A DNA stretch of 25,580 nt from a virus (taxonomy: Duplodnaviria; Caudoviricetes): positions 1 to 25,580 of the IMG/VR virus record IMGVR_UViG_3300008216_004606; one strand, written 5' to 3'. The notes under the pieces were generated by a model. It saw only the letters and a list, made by a program, of their open reading frames with translations. It ran no database searches and was not told the origin of the DNA. Within the stretch, counting starts at the first letter, position 1. Each line of letters opens with the position of its first letter. Both the position numbers and the translations under genes were made by a program. This document shows positions 24,556 to 25,580 of the stretch, in pieces.

Positions 24556-25068
24556 ATGACCCTCTCTGAAATCCGGGAGCGAGCCATAGCGCCCGCTCTC
24601 GCGCTGCTGCCTGCGCGAATGTCGAGCCGAGAGGCTGAGATCATGCTGTTGGCTATCGGGCTGCAGGAAAGCCGCTTCGTGCACCGTCGCCAGATGGGCA
24701 ACGGCCCGGCCCGGTCATTCTGGCAGGGTGAGCTCGGCGGCGGGATGGTGGCTGGCGTTCGCACGCATGAAGCCACCAAAGCCCATGCCGCTGCGCTGTA
24801 CCGTGCGCGTGGCGTTGCTCCTGACAACCGATCTATCTGGACTGCCATCGAGCATGACGACGTGCTCGCCGCCGGCCTGGCTCGCCTGCTGCTGTGGAGC
24901 GATCCGGGCCGCCTGCCGAGCGAGGATGACGTGGAAGGCGCCTGGCGGTTGTACCTGAAGACGTGGCGCCCGGGCGCATATGACCGAGGGACTGCCGAGC
25001 AACGCGCCGAGCTTCGCGCCAAGTGGGGGCGGAACTTCGCCGCAGCCGTCCGTGAGGTGATGCCATGA
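24556..25068 (+). CDS. Putative endolysin (lysozyme/SLT-like fold)
   Basis: MLLAIGLQES (Glu at a helix end) and GPARSFWQ. Immediately upstream of the spanins. AAGGA RBS. Confidence 0.72.
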   Translation: MTLSEIRERAIAPALALLPARMSSREAEIMLLAIGLQESRFVHRRQMGNGPARSFWQGELGGGMVAGVRTHEATKAHAAALYRARGVAPDNRSIWTAIEHDDVLAAGLARLLLWSDPGRLPSEDDVEGAWRLYLKTWRPGAYDRGTAEQRAELRAKWGRNFAAAVREVMP

Positions 25069-25580
25069 TCGCCTGGCTGAAGTTCGTGCCCAGCTGGGTC
25101 TGGTGGGCGTTGGCTCTGGCTGTTGTGGCCGGTTGGCAGCAGATCCGCGTGCTATCGGCGCAGTCTGACGCCGCGAAGGCGAGGACCGATCTTGCCGACT
25201 ACCGCACCGAAGTCAGCGAGCGCGACCGCCGAGCTGCGCTGTTCGTTATTCAGGAAAACCAGCGGCGCCAAGCCGCGATGGAGAAAGCAGATGCAGAGGC
25301 ACAGGAACAACTGGCTGCCGCGCGTAGCGATGCTGAGCGCGCTGGTAGTGCTCTTGAGCGCCTGCAGCAGCGCCTCGCAGCATCTGAGCAGCGCAGTCGT
25401 GACGCCGGCAATGCCATCACTGCCCAGCTCAGCCAGGCAGCCGAAGACGCCGCCCGAGTGCGAGCCGACGTGCTCGGCAGGGTTGGAGAGGCTGCTCAAC
25501 TCTATGCTGGAGTCGCCGACGGCCGAGGAATAGCTGGGTCGGCGTGCGAGAAAGCTTATGACGCAGTGAAGGGGAATTGA
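25065..25580 (+). CDS. Rz: Inner-membrane spanin (Rz-like, DUF2514-type)
   Basis: N-terminal TM, long coiled coil, C-terminal GSACEKAYDAV. Confidence 0.85.
   Translation: MIAWLKFVPSWVWWALALAVVAGWQQIRVLSAQSDAAKARTDLADYRTEVSERDRRAALFVIQENQRRQAAMEKADAEAQEQLAAARSDAERAGSALERLQQRLAASEQRSRDAGNAITAQLSQAAEDAARVRADVLGRVGEAAQLYAGVADGRGIAGSACEKAYDAVKGN
25291..25533 (+). CDS. Rz1: Outer-membrane spanin lipoprotein embedded in Rz
   Basis: +1 frame inside Rz. GGAG RBS at 25280, signal peptide with lipobox LLSAC, Pro-rich mature part with CEPTC. Confidence 0.82.
   Translation: MQRHRNNWLPRVAMLSALVVLLSACSSASQHLSSAVVTPAMPSLPSSARQPKTPPECEPTCSAGLERLLNSMLESPTAEE

Larger units (their letters stand above)
1..25580. 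mobile_element. Temperate prophage right arm (immunity to lysis), lambdoid regulation, podovirus-type morphogenesis genes
   Basis: Contiguous cI-cro-replication-nin-Q-holin-terminase-portal-scaffold-capsid-ejection-tail-lysin-spanin order. No tape measure, sheath or major tail tube gene seen. Confidence 0.96.

Overview
The whole window is the right arm of a temperate, lambdoid-regulated, podovirus-type (P22-like architecture) prophage. Roughly 60% GC and the gene content suggest a Pseudomonas/Stutzerimonas host; that host call is inference. Gene order: cI-like S24 repressor and cro with three operator-like 17-mers; two small RHH-like regulators where cII usually sits; an O-like replication initiator with internal iterons plus DnaB; a nin-type accessory region (TraR/DksA finger, NinB, Ref-like HNH nuclease, membrane protein, dATP/dGTP diphosphohydrolase-like protein, PD-(D/E)XK nuclease, HTH-metallophosphoesterase); Q with pR'/tR'; holin; terminase, portal, scaffold and capsid; short-tail and ejection proteins; a tail fibre/spike; and endolysin with Rz/Rz1. 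No integrase or att site lies in the window. The best signals not in the ORF track are: a 34-aa antisense membrane micro-ORF in the P22 sieA-like position, an OOP-like antisense RNA with its own promoter and terminator over a hidden 56-aa ORF, Ala-Ala C-termini on ten mostly early proteins but no structural protein, two structured RNA elements ahead of the holin, and a dual-frame ORF pair at 6389-6674. All family assignments are from motif recognition by eye, not database searches.
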